A stretch of 64,000 bases of DNA from Gammaproteobacteria bacterium (GTDB lineage Bacteria; Pseudomonadota; Gammaproteobacteria; Eutrophobiales; Eutrophobiaceae), in NCBI GenBank assembly GCA_965221695.1, contig OZ244905.1, positions 762,355 to 826,354 of the forward strand, written 5' to 3'. Of this stretch, positions 38,187-46,144 are shown one piece after another. Made by a program: the position numbers and the translations under genes. The notes beneath the pieces are model-generated. The model had not been told where the DNA came from and did no database searches. It saw only the letters and a program-made list of their open reading frames with translations. Within the stretch, counting starts at the first letter, position 1. Each line of letters opens with the position of its first letter.

Positions 38187-38245
38187 TTGTTGTCAAATAA
38201 TATCGATATTTTTTCGTTTTGTCGATATTTTTTTATAGCATATTG
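38187..38245. promoter_or_regulatory. Putative operator/promoter element (site B) in the GST <-> GntR divergent region: TTGTTGTCAA + AATAATATCGATATTTTTTC + GTCGATATTTTTTTATAGC
   Basis: TTGTTGTCAA at 38187-38196 (its reverse complement contains TTGACA for the minus-strand operon). ATATCGATAT at 38200-38209. A second TCGATATTTTTTT at 38222. TTATAGC shared with site A. Confidence 0.5.
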
Positions 38246-38333
38246 TTTTACTGTAACGCCAGTTGAGCATGAACTTATTCAAAAAACCTCACAGACCCCG
38301 CTTTTCACCCTTCACAACAGCCTTGCCGGGTAA

Positions 38334-39014
38334 TTGACGATGCGCGCCAAAACGCTGGTTGAAGCGTCTTATGACCGGATCCGTTCCGATATTATCGCGG
38401 GGAAACTGGCGCCGGGTTCCAAGCTGCGCATTGAGGAGTTGCGGGAAGACTATAACATCGGCGCAAGCCCGTTACGCGAGGCCCTGAACCGGCTGGCCGG
38501 CGAAGGCTTTGTCACCGCGGAAAGGCAGCGAGGGTTCAAGGTTGCGCCGGTTTCTACAGAGGACCTGAAAGACCTGAGTCGCATGCGGGTGATGCTGGAA
38601 TGCCAGGCGTTGCGCGACAGTATCAGGAACGGCGATGATGAATGGGAGGTAAACCTGGTCGCATCCCACCACCGCCTGCAAAAGGCGGAACAGCATTACG
38701 GTAAGAACCTGGCGGAATGGGAACAACGCAACGATGAATTCCACGAAGCCCTGGTGGCGGCCTGCGGCTCAACATGGTTACTGCGCTTGCGCCACCTGCT
38801 CTACGAACAGCATAAGCGCTACCGTTTCATCGCGATACTGTCCCAACAGGAAGGGCGGGATGTTCACCAGGAACATCGCGAGATACTGGAAGCGACTCTG
38901 GCGCGTGACATCAACGCGGCCTGCAAAGCCACGCAACAACATATACAGCAGACGTTGGACACCAGCATCCGGGTATTCACTGAGCTGGAAAAAAACAGCC
39001 CCCTCTCCGTATAA
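38334..39014 (+). CDS. GntR-family transcriptional regulator (FadR/FCD subfamily)
   Basis: 226 aa. N-terminal wHTH (AKTLVEASYDRIRSDIIAGKLAPGSKLRIEELREDYNIGASPLREAL), then a helical FCD-like effector domain. Divergent from the catabolic operon. The start may be the ATG ~6 nt downstream of the track TTG. Confidence 0.85.
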   Translation: MTMRAKTLVEASYDRIRSDIIAGKLAPGSKLRIEELREDYNIGASPLREALNRLAGEGFVTAERQRGFKVAPVSTEDLKDLSRMRVMLECQALRDSIRNGDDEWEVNLVASHHRLQKAEQHYGKNLAEWEQRNDEFHEALVAACGSTWLLRLRHLLYEQHKRYRFIAILSQQEGRDVHQEHREILEATLARDINAACKATQQHIQQTLDTSIRVFTELEKNSPLSV

Positions 39015-39034
39015 CTGCCCGGGGTAGTACCGTC

Positions 39035-41329
39035 TTGAACAATACGTTTCTCCGTTCAATCCCGGCGGCCATCATAGCTGTGTTGACAACATTTGCCGGC
39101 CTGGCCCAGGAAACTGCGCCATTGCTGGAAGAGATCATCGTGACCGCCGAAAAACGCGCCGAAAGCCTGCAGGACTTGTCCCAGGCCGTGACCGCGCTGT
39201 CGGGCGAGGCACTGGACAACCGCAATATCACCAGCTTTGTGGACCTCAGCGGCATAGCCCCGGGCGTTACCGTCGCCAAGAACGAAGGGGTAAGAACCGT
39301 CATCTCCATACGCGGCGTGGGCAACGAGGCCAACCAGAACTCGATAGCCAACCCTTCCGTGTCCTACCACCTGGACGGAATCTACGTGGCATCGCCGTTT
39401 GCCCTGCGCACCGACTTCCTGGACCTGGAACGTATTGAAGTGTTGCGCGGCCCCCAGGGCACCCTGTTCGGCCAGAACTCCACGGGCGGTGCGATCAATG
39501 TGATTACGCAGGCGCCGGATACAGGGGAATTCTTCGGCAAGGCCGATATCACAGTGGGGAACTACAGCCTGACGCGGGTGCGCGGTTCGGTCAACATCCC
39601 CATCAGCGATACCACGGCCTTGCGCGCCTCGGTCGCTACCCACAACCATGACGGCTTCAGCAAGAACATCTTGCTGGACCAGGAACTGGATCAGGCCGAC
39701 AACTTTTCCGGCCGCACCCGCCTGCTCTGGGCGCCGGCTGAAAACCTGCGCTTCAACTTCACTGCGCAGTATTTTGACGAAAACACCAACGGCGCGGCAC
39801 AGAAAGGTATTTTCGACTCCACCCCGAACCCGCGCCGTCTGACCCAGGACCGGCACAGCAGTTACCAACTGGAGAGCCAGCTCTACAGTCTGGTCGCTGA
39901 ATGGGAACTGCCCGCGTTCACGGTCAAGTCGCTGACCAGCTACCAGGACGATGAGGTCTCCGCGTCACGGGACAACGACCGTCATGATTTTTCCACGCTG
40001 ATTAACCGCGGGACCTTCCTGTTGCCAGCCAGCGTTGATCCGGAGGCTGTCGGCCAGAAGACCATCACACAGGAGCTCAACCTTATCTCCTACGAACCGC
40101 TGTTCGGCCGACTCGATTGGGTGGTCGGGATGTTCTACCTGGATACCGATGTGGACATCCTGTTTCGAGAATATATCGACTTTAATACCGACGGCGTTTA
40201 TGGTCCCGACAAGGTCAGTGTGGAGGAGGTGCTGAACTTCGGGGGAGAAGTCGGCTTCATCTCTGATTCAAATCCGCAGCGGGAATCGATCTCCGTCTAT
40301 GGCCAGGGCGCGTACAATCTTACCGACAGTCTGCGCCTGGTCGCCGGGCTGCGTTATACGGAAGATCAGGTTAACTCCAAGGTCACCAATTTCTTCGGCC
40401 GCGCCGGCACCGCTGTTCTTGAAACCCGGAGCGAGAAGCTTACCGGCCGCGGCGTGGTGGAAATCGATCTCAACATTAACGCGATGGCATATGCGTCATA
40501 CACCCGCGGTTTCAAACCGGGCGGCAGCAACCTGACCTACGGCCGGGAGGATGTGGTGGCTCCCATCCTGGTGCTGCCCACCTACAAGGATGAGACGGTA
40601 CAGGCCTGGGAAGTCGGCCTCAAGACCGACTTTGCCGGCAACCGGGTGCGGGTCAACGCCGCGGCGTTCTACTACGACTACGAAAACCTGCAATTCCAGG
40701 CGACCGACCCCGAAGTGTTCGAGGGTGGGGTCGGCAACCTGCCGGGATCGGAAATCTACGGCGCCGAGATGGAACTGCTGGCGTTCGTCACAGACAGCCT
40801 GACCCTGGATGCGCGCCTGTCCTGGCTGGAAACGAAGATCTCCGAATCACACCTGGCGCTGGACAACGTGCGCTCCGATGACGCCACCAACGCGCTCTTG
40901 CCCCAGTGCCAGTTCAACCTGTTCTGCGACGACATCCAGCGCGCCCGCGCCGCGGCGGTGACGGACGTAAAAGGCAACCAACTCGCCAAGACGCCCAATT
41001 TCACCGCGGACGTGATGCTGCGCTACCTGACTCGCCTGGGCAATTGGAGCGATTTCGAGACCAGCGTGCAATACCTCTACCGGGGCGGCTTCCAGCACCG
41101 CATCTTCAACAACCCGAAAACCGATGATGTGCCCAGCTACCATATCGTCAACCTGGTATTGACGATTGCGCCGGACGCGTACCCCTGGCACATCGACCTG
41201 ATGGGAATGAACCTGACTGACGAAGATGGTATTAACGCCCGCTTCACCGATGTCTTCGGCGTCGGCTCCACCAGCGACGAACTGATCCCACCCCGGCAAT
41301 ACATGGTACGCTTCGGCATGGAGTTCTGA
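39035..41329 (+). CDS. TonB-dependent outer-membrane receptor
   Basis: 764 aa. Signal peptide. TonB box/plug EEIIVTAEKRAE. C-terminal ...MVRFGMEF with terminal Phe. Confidence 0.9.
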   Translation: MNNTFLRSIPAAIIAVLTTFAGLAQETAPLLEEIIVTAEKRAESLQDLSQAVTALSGEALDNRNITSFVDLSGIAPGVTVAKNEGVRTVISIRGVGNEANQNSIANPSVSYHLDGIYVASPFALRTDFLDLERIEVLRGPQGTLFGQNSTGGAINVITQAPDTGEFFGKADITVGNYSLTRVRGSVNIPISDTTALRASVATHNHDGFSKNILLDQELDQADNFSGRTRLLWAPAENLRFNFTAQYFDENTNGAAQKGIFDSTPNPRRLTQDRHSSYQLESQLYSLVAEWELPAFTVKSLTSYQDDEVSASRDNDRHDFSTLINRGTFLLPASVDPEAVGQKTITQELNLISYEPLFGRLDWVVGMFYLDTDVDILFREYIDFNTDGVYGPDKVSVEEVLNFGGEVGFISDSNPQRESISVYGQGAYNLTDSLRLVAGLRYTEDQVNSKVTNFFGRAGTAVLETRSEKLTGRGVVEIDLNINAMAYASYTRGFKPGGSNLTYGREDVVAPILVLPTYKDETVQAWEVGLKTDFAGNRVRVNAAAFYYDYENLQFQATDPEVFEGGVGNLPGSEIYGAEMELLAFVTDSLTLDARLSWLETKISESHLALDNVRSDDATNALLPQCQFNLFCDDIQRARAAAVTDVKGNQLAKTPNFTADVMLRYLTRLGNWSDFETSVQYLYRGGFQHRIFNNPKTDDVPSYHIVNLVLTIAPDAYPWHIDLMGMNLTDEDGINARFTDVFGVGSTSDELIPPRQYMVRFGMEF

Positions 41330-41343
41330 CGGGAATGGTTCCG

Positions 41344-43650
41344 TCATTTTCCATCTGCATCTCTCAACACCGTCGTTTCATAGCGAACTCCATCCGGTAT
41401 CGGCACCGCCTGGTGCACGGTCACACCGTACTCCCCCTCGGTGGGTTTGGATGAATCCACGGCTACGAACGATGTGTAACTGGACACAAGCTGGTATTGC
41501 AGTGCAACCCGCCTGATGGCGTCACGCAACTCCCCATGGGGGTCTCCCACAGTCGACTGCCGATCCGATAGCTCGGCGATATTGGTACGCGCCCAGACCT
41601 TGGCGAGAGACGGACCGGCATTGCTTGCGCCAGTAGCATCCAGCGCAAAAGCACGGCGCGTGCCGTCAACCGTCCCGGATACGGTCACCGTTGTGGGTTC
41701 GTCCCGGAACTTTCCTGCAACAACCAGTGGTCGTCCTACAAACAGGTCGGGGAGGTGGCCGGGATAGGTATTGGATACGGCCATGTTACCCCAATCAATT
41801 TCAATGTCGGTGAGCGCCGCGCGGCTTACGCGCTTGAAAAATTCCTCCATCACCTGTTCCGCCGGATCATTCAGTCCCAAGTAGGCGACGGCGCCGCGCC
41901 CGACTTTAGCCATTCGTTCCATAAGATAGCGGTTGACGGATTCTCCAACACCAAAACTGAAAATGCGGGCATTGCTGATACGCTTGTACACCTCGGCCAA
42001 AATCTCTGCTTCATTACCGATATAACCATCCGTTAGAAACGAGACAAACCGGAACCGCGACGGGTTGTGAGGAAAATCCAGGGCTGCCCTGATCCCCTCG
42101 ATCATCATCGTGCCGCCCTGGCTGTCCAGTTTCGCAAGATATCGACGGGCAGCCGCCAGGTTTTTCTCCGTCGCGGCGACAGGCTCCCGGCCAAATTGGG
42201 AGGCATTATCCGAAAAACGGATGATCTGGAACGTATCGGTCGGGTGAAGCAGTCCCAATGCCGTATCGATAGCCTGTTTGGCCTGAGCCAGTGGACGGCC
42301 GCTCATCGAACCGGAACAGTCGATGACGAACACCATCTCCATCGGTCGGCGAGAAACCCGCAAAGTATCTATCGGTGGGATCATCATCAGTGAAAAGAAC
42401 CCTTCTCCCGTCTCCGGGTCTTGGTAGGTCATCAGGCTGGATTTGACGGCCTCTCCGGCGATGCGATAATCGAGCACGAAATCCCGATTGGGAAGAGTAG
42501 TCTGTTGCGCCAGTTGTACGGTCGCAGACGCAGACCCGTCCCGATTGACATTGATCTCATGGGTCGATTTCAGCTCTTCGATGTGCACGCCGGCGTCGAT
42601 GCGCACGCTGATACCCAGGTCATGACCTGATCGCTCCGAAGGCGTAAGGTATTCAACACCTATTGCACCCGGCGTTGCCGTGCGGCCACCGCGCGGGAGC
42701 GCCACTACCGGGTCGTGGCTTTTGGGCGGGTTGAAGCGCGGACCGACCACCGTGGGAAATACGAAAGAGTACCACCCATCCTTGTACGCGAGGGTGTGAA
42801 AGTAGGTGATGTCGACATCGATTGCCTTACCGGGCTCAATGTTGGCGACTTTCTGCTCGAATATGTTCGGACGATGCTGGACCAACAGACTTGCATGGTA
42901 GCCCTGCTCCCGCGCCGCGTGATAGATGGCCTCAGCTTCTTCCTTCTCCCGCAAGATGCCACGAATGGTGCGCTCCCCGATGACCATCAGGAATTCTGAG
43001 ACCGCGGCTTTCTCCGGCAGTGGAAACACATAGACGGCCTCGATCTTTGTATCAAACGGGTTGGCAAACTGCTGTTTAACCCGAACTGTGCTGATGTGGC
43101 CGGCAATAGATGCGTCTACGTCCGTGTGTTGCAACGGCAGCGGCACCTCTGCTGTTTCTCCGGCTTTATCTTGGGGTGGAACGTTCGCAATCAGACTTCC
43201 GGAACCGGGAACCTGTGTGCCTTCACCGACTGAAGGAGTGGAAGCCGCATAATCGGTAATTTCTTCAGAAGATGACGCCTTGGCGATGATCCAGATTTCC
43301 TCTGAAAAGGATTTTGACACCGCGCCCGGAGAAGCCAGGACGCCTTCCTGGGCTGGCACATCAAGTGGCAAGCCACTAACGTTACCCAGCCTTTCCCGAA
43401 AAACCTGGTAAGACTGCGTTTGTGACAGTGGCGCTGTGTCCAAGTGCGGGTAGACGGCTGGTTCCCCAGGTATCGGCAAGCCACCTGCTCCTTCCATTGT
43501 CTTCTCCGGAGGCGCGGACTGGGAAGTCTGCCCCTGAGGTGGTGGTGAAGCGGGCATCGGTGGTGGGCTGGAGCACGATGCCAGCAACTTGATGCCGATC
43601 ATCATCAGCAAAATTATCATGCAGGATACAAATTGGAACTGTCTATTCAT
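41344..43650 (-). CDS. VIT + von Willebrand factor A domain lipoprotein
   Basis: 768 aa. Signal/lipobox ...LLASCSS. Pro-rich linker. vWA MIDAS motif VFVIDCSGSMSG. N-terminal VIT-like region. Confidence 0.75.
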   Translation of the reverse strand: MNRQFQFVSCMIILLMMIGIKLLASCSSPPPMPASPPPQGQTSQSAPPEKTMEGAGGLPIPGEPAVYPHLDTAPLSQTQSYQVFRERLGNVSGLPLDVPAQEGVLASPGAVSKSFSEEIWIIAKASSSEEITDYAASTPSVGEGTQVPGSGSLIANVPPQDKAGETAEVPLPLQHTDVDASIAGHISTVRVKQQFANPFDTKIEAVYVFPLPEKAAVSEFLMVIGERTIRGILREKEEAEAIYHAAREQGYHASLLVQHRPNIFEQKVANIEPGKAIDVDITYFHTLAYKDGWYSFVFPTVVGPRFNPPKSHDPVVALPRGGRTATPGAIGVEYLTPSERSGHDLGISVRIDAGVHIEELKSTHEINVNRDGSASATVQLAQQTTLPNRDFVLDYRIAGEAVKSSLMTYQDPETGEGFFSLMMIPPIDTLRVSRRPMEMVFVIDCSGSMSGRPLAQAKQAIDTALGLLHPTDTFQIIRFSDNASQFGREPVAATEKNLAAARRYLAKLDSQGGTMMIEGIRAALDFPHNPSRFRFVSFLTDGYIGNEAEILAEVYKRISNARIFSFGVGESVNRYLMERMAKVGRGAVAYLGLNDPAEQVMEEFFKRVSRAALTDIEIDWGNMAVSNTYPGHLPDLFVGRPLVVAGKFRDEPTTVTVSGTVDGTRRAFALDATGASNAGPSLAKVWARTNIAELSDRQSTVGDPHGELRDAIRRVALQYQLVSSYTSFVAVDSSKPTEGEYGVTVHQAVPIPDGVRYETTVLRDADGK

Positions 43651-44108
43651 TGCGACCTCTCCTGTAGGTAGTCGTCAGGTTCTGTTAAAGAAATCTTCGC
43701 ATTGATTACACGCCCTTCTCGTGTGGTAGCCACAATCAGGCGCAATTCGAAATCGGGTTCTCCTTCCAGCATCAGGTGTAGCCTGGCGAGACGAACGCGA
43801 CCACTTGGCAATGTGCTTTCATCGGCCAGCGAGTAATCGGCAACGACTATCCGGTCAGCATTACCACCGGCGACAGGTTCCCGGTCATAGTACGGCGCCC
43901 GCTGAAAAGCAGGGTGACCGCCGTTCTCGACACCCACCACTTTCATCGCGCCGTTGCGGTCTTTGAGTTCGAACTGCCAGGCGGCCACGGTAGTCGGGCT
44001 GTCCAAGTAGATGTCCAGCGACGCAAAACGCGTGCTTGACCTGCTGTCCGCACAGACGAAACCCGTAAGCAAGATGAGAAAGGCTGCTACGAAGAGCCGA
44101 CTGTTCAT
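43647..44108 (-). CDS. Hypothetical secreted protein (operon partner of the VIT-vWA protein)
   Basis: 153 aa. Signal peptide MNSRLFVAAFLILLTGFVCA. 4-nt overlaps with both neighbours. Confidence 0.5.
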   Translation of the reverse strand: MNSRLFVAAFLILLTGFVCADSRSSTRFASLDIYLDSPTTVAAWQFELKDRNGAMKVVGVENGGHPAFQRAPYYDREPVAGGNADRIVVADYSLADESTLPSGRVRLARLHLMLEGEPDFELRLIVATTREGRVINAKISLTEPDDYLQERSQ

Positions 44109-44500
44109 AGCATGCCGTCCCGGTCCAAAGCCACCAGGCGATAAGCGAAAGCATCCAGGTCAGCTTGGGTAACATCCTGGTCCGCGCGAGCCAGGGCCAG
44201 GACATCGGCAATATCGATCCGGCCGGAGCCGTCAAAATCTGCGTAAATCGGAATGTCGTCTTGTTGAGTAAGCTGTATTGTCATAAACAGGGCAACCACG
44301 AGCACACAGGCCGCAGCTACGCGCCAGGCGCCCAGTGGTTGCCAAAGAGGGATACGGCGTGGTGCGAACTGGGCGTGCGTCATGCCGGCCAGCCTGCGGT
44401 CGACCCGGGAGGTGATAATATCGGGTGCCGCGTCGATGCGCTTCAGCTCATCGATCAGGGCTTCGGGCAGTTGCTCGTTTTGTTCGTTTACGCCAGTCAT
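44105..44500 (-). CDS. Putative anti-sigma factor (single TM) with a dockerin/EF-hand-like DxDxSGxIDxxD motif
   Basis: 131 aa. Central TM (WRVAAACVLVVALFMTI). DFDGSGRIDIADVLAL. Located directly downstream of the ECF sigma gene. Confidence 0.5.
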   Translation of the reverse strand: MTGVNEQNEQLPEALIDELKRIDAAPDIITSRVDRRLAGMTHAQFAPRRIPLWQPLGAWRVAAACVLVVALFMTIQLTQQDDIPIYADFDGSGRIDIADVLALARADQDVTQADLDAFAYRLVALDRDGML

Positions 44501-44545
44501 GTCATGAGTTCCCTGTCCATATAACGCACTACATGGAAAAAAGGT

Positions 44546-45130
44546 TCATTCGACTGAAAAATAATCCGCAAGCAGAGGAGAATCCCTGAGAATTGCGATG
44601 CCCCCGTGCAGTCGGGACTTCACGGTACCCACAGGGATGCCCAGGACTTGTGCGATCTCATCCAGCGACATCCCGTCCACGAATCGAAGCATCAGGGTCT
44701 CCCGTTGGCCGAGCGGCAGATTCGCAAGCAACTTGCCGAGGTCTCTGTTGTCTCTATCCTGGGGGGCGGGCATATCTTCGGGCGTTATATCATCGGCAAT
44801 CGGGAACCGTCCTGCCTTGCGCGTTGCTGAAATTGCCGCGTTTTTTGCTATGGGATAGAGCAGCGTCGTCAGCTTGGCTGTCAGTATTATCCCTTCACCG
44901 GCAGGCGGAAAACGACGTAGCAGTTGGACAAAGGTATCTTGGAGCACATCCAGTGCGACATCGATATCAGGAGTAAAGCGTAGCGCTACGCGCAACACGT
45001 AATCCTTGTGGCGCAGATACAGGGCTTCAAACGCGGCCGCCGCTGCGACTGCATCACCATGGTTGCAAACGTCCACCAGCGTTTCGTCGTTACGAGGGTC
45101 TTGCCGATGGCTCCGGACCATGATGTGCAA
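44546..45130 (-). CDS. RNA polymerase ECF-type sigma-70 factor
   Basis: 194 aa. Region 2 (YLRHKDYVLRVALRFT...DVLQDTFVQLL) and region 4 HTH (LPLGQRETLMLRFVDGMSLDEIAQVLGIPVGTVKSRL). Confidence 0.85.
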   Translation of the reverse strand: MHIMVRSHRQDPRNDETLVDVCNHGDAVAAAAAFEALYLRHKDYVLRVALRFTPDIDVALDVLQDTFVQLLRRFPPAGEGIILTAKLTTLLYPIAKNAAISATRKAGRFPIADDITPEDMPAPQDRDNRDLGKLLANLPLGQRETLMLRFVDGMSLDEIAQVLGIPVGTVKSRLHGGIAILRDSPLLADYFSVE

Positions 45131-45285
45131 TCACTCAAGAGTTAGCGCCGGTTAGTCACCGGACGGTAAACCATCCTTATTTGTTGTCCGCCTGCAAAAT
45201 CGGCAAACCATGCCCGCAGATGTTAGCATTTGATCTGGTTATTACTGTGCTAATTGAAAATCAAATTTACAATTAGCACATGTTT

Positions 45286-45735
45286 TTAGCTCTCCATTGT
45301 CATGGTTTCAGCGGCCCTGTCACCTACAACAAGGCTTCTTCCCACAGATCGTAAGGCCACTTCAACACTGCTGATATGCGAACGATGATCTGGGTCAACG
45401 AGCTTTCGGGCCGCAGCCTCGCTCAGACCAAGACGTTTTGCCAGCGCTGTCTTGCTAATACCCTGGCGGCGCATGGCCGTATACAGCGCCAATTTTGCAG
45501 CTACGACTGGTGAAACCGCAACAAGTTCCTGGCCATCCACCACGGCGCTCGGTACCGGAATGTCCCAATGCTGCCGAACATACCCTGCCAAAGCGGCTGT
45601 TAACGCATCTTCAGCCATTGCCAGCGCTTCGCTCCTGTCCTTACCGCCGGTAAGCGCCCCCGGCACATCCGGGAAGGTGACATAGAAACCCCCTCCCTCT
45701 TCCGGGGATAAAACACATGGATAAACGTAGTACAT
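45286..45735 (-). CDS. hicB: Type II toxin-antitoxin HicB-family antitoxin (second copy)
   Basis: 149 aa. N-terminal HicB-like fold (YVYPCVLSPEEGGGFYVTFPDVPGALTGG). C-terminal HTH/RHH-like (ISKTALAKRLGLSEAAARKL). 1-nt overlap with the upstream hicA. Confidence 0.75.
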   Translation of the reverse strand: MYYVYPCVLSPEEGGGFYVTFPDVPGALTGGKDRSEALAMAEDALTAALAGYVRQHWDIPVPSAVVDGQELVAVSPVVAAKLALYTAMRRQGISKTALAKRLGLSEAAARKLVDPDHRSHISSVEVALRSVGRSLVVGDRAAETMTMES

Positions 45736-45941
45736 CAGAATTCCTCTTTTTCGATATCAAGGTCTTTCAGCATCGCCGCAAGAAGCCCCTTACCGATTTC
45801 TTTTCGCGGTACAGTCGTAAACCGGTTGCCAAGATGAAGACGCCCGTGACTTCCCTTGCCACGTCTGGGGTCATAATGGCATCTCAACCCTTTCTTCCTA
45901 GCATAACGCTTGACGCGCCAAATGAATTCCGTTCCGTCCAT
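45735..45941 (-). CDS. hicA: Type II toxin-antitoxin HicA-family toxin (second copy)
   Basis: 68 aa. KRYARKKGLRCHYDPRRGKGSHGRLH matches the HicA signature. Confidence 0.8.
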   Translation of the reverse strand: MDGTEFIWRVKRYARKKGLRCHYDPRRGKGSHGRLHLGNRFTTVPRKEIGKGLLAAMLKDLDIEKEEF

Positions 45942-46144
45942 GGTAATATAATAGTGCTATATACTACGAAAATCGATAGAATTCGTACTTTTATATTCGC
46001 ATAGTGGTGTCGGGTTCATCAAACTCAATTCCGTGAAATAAATTCTCATACTCACGTTTGTACTAAACATCAAATCGTGCTGTATATTATTCCCCTATCA
46101 AAGCGTCCGACAGACTGCAAGTGGTGAAATTGGAGTAAAACCTC

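Noticed and set aside
39056-39868. 270-aa minus-strand ORF inside the TonB receptor gene
   Set aside because: Antisense to a gene with TonB-box and plug-domain evidence.
45247-45279. 10-bp-arm inverted repeat GTGCTAATTG-13nt-CAATTAGCAC downstream of hicB (second copy), as a possible island boundary or att site
   Set aside because: No direct-repeat partner is found at the other side of the low-GC insert. No integrase is present. It is more likely a weak transcription terminator or operator.
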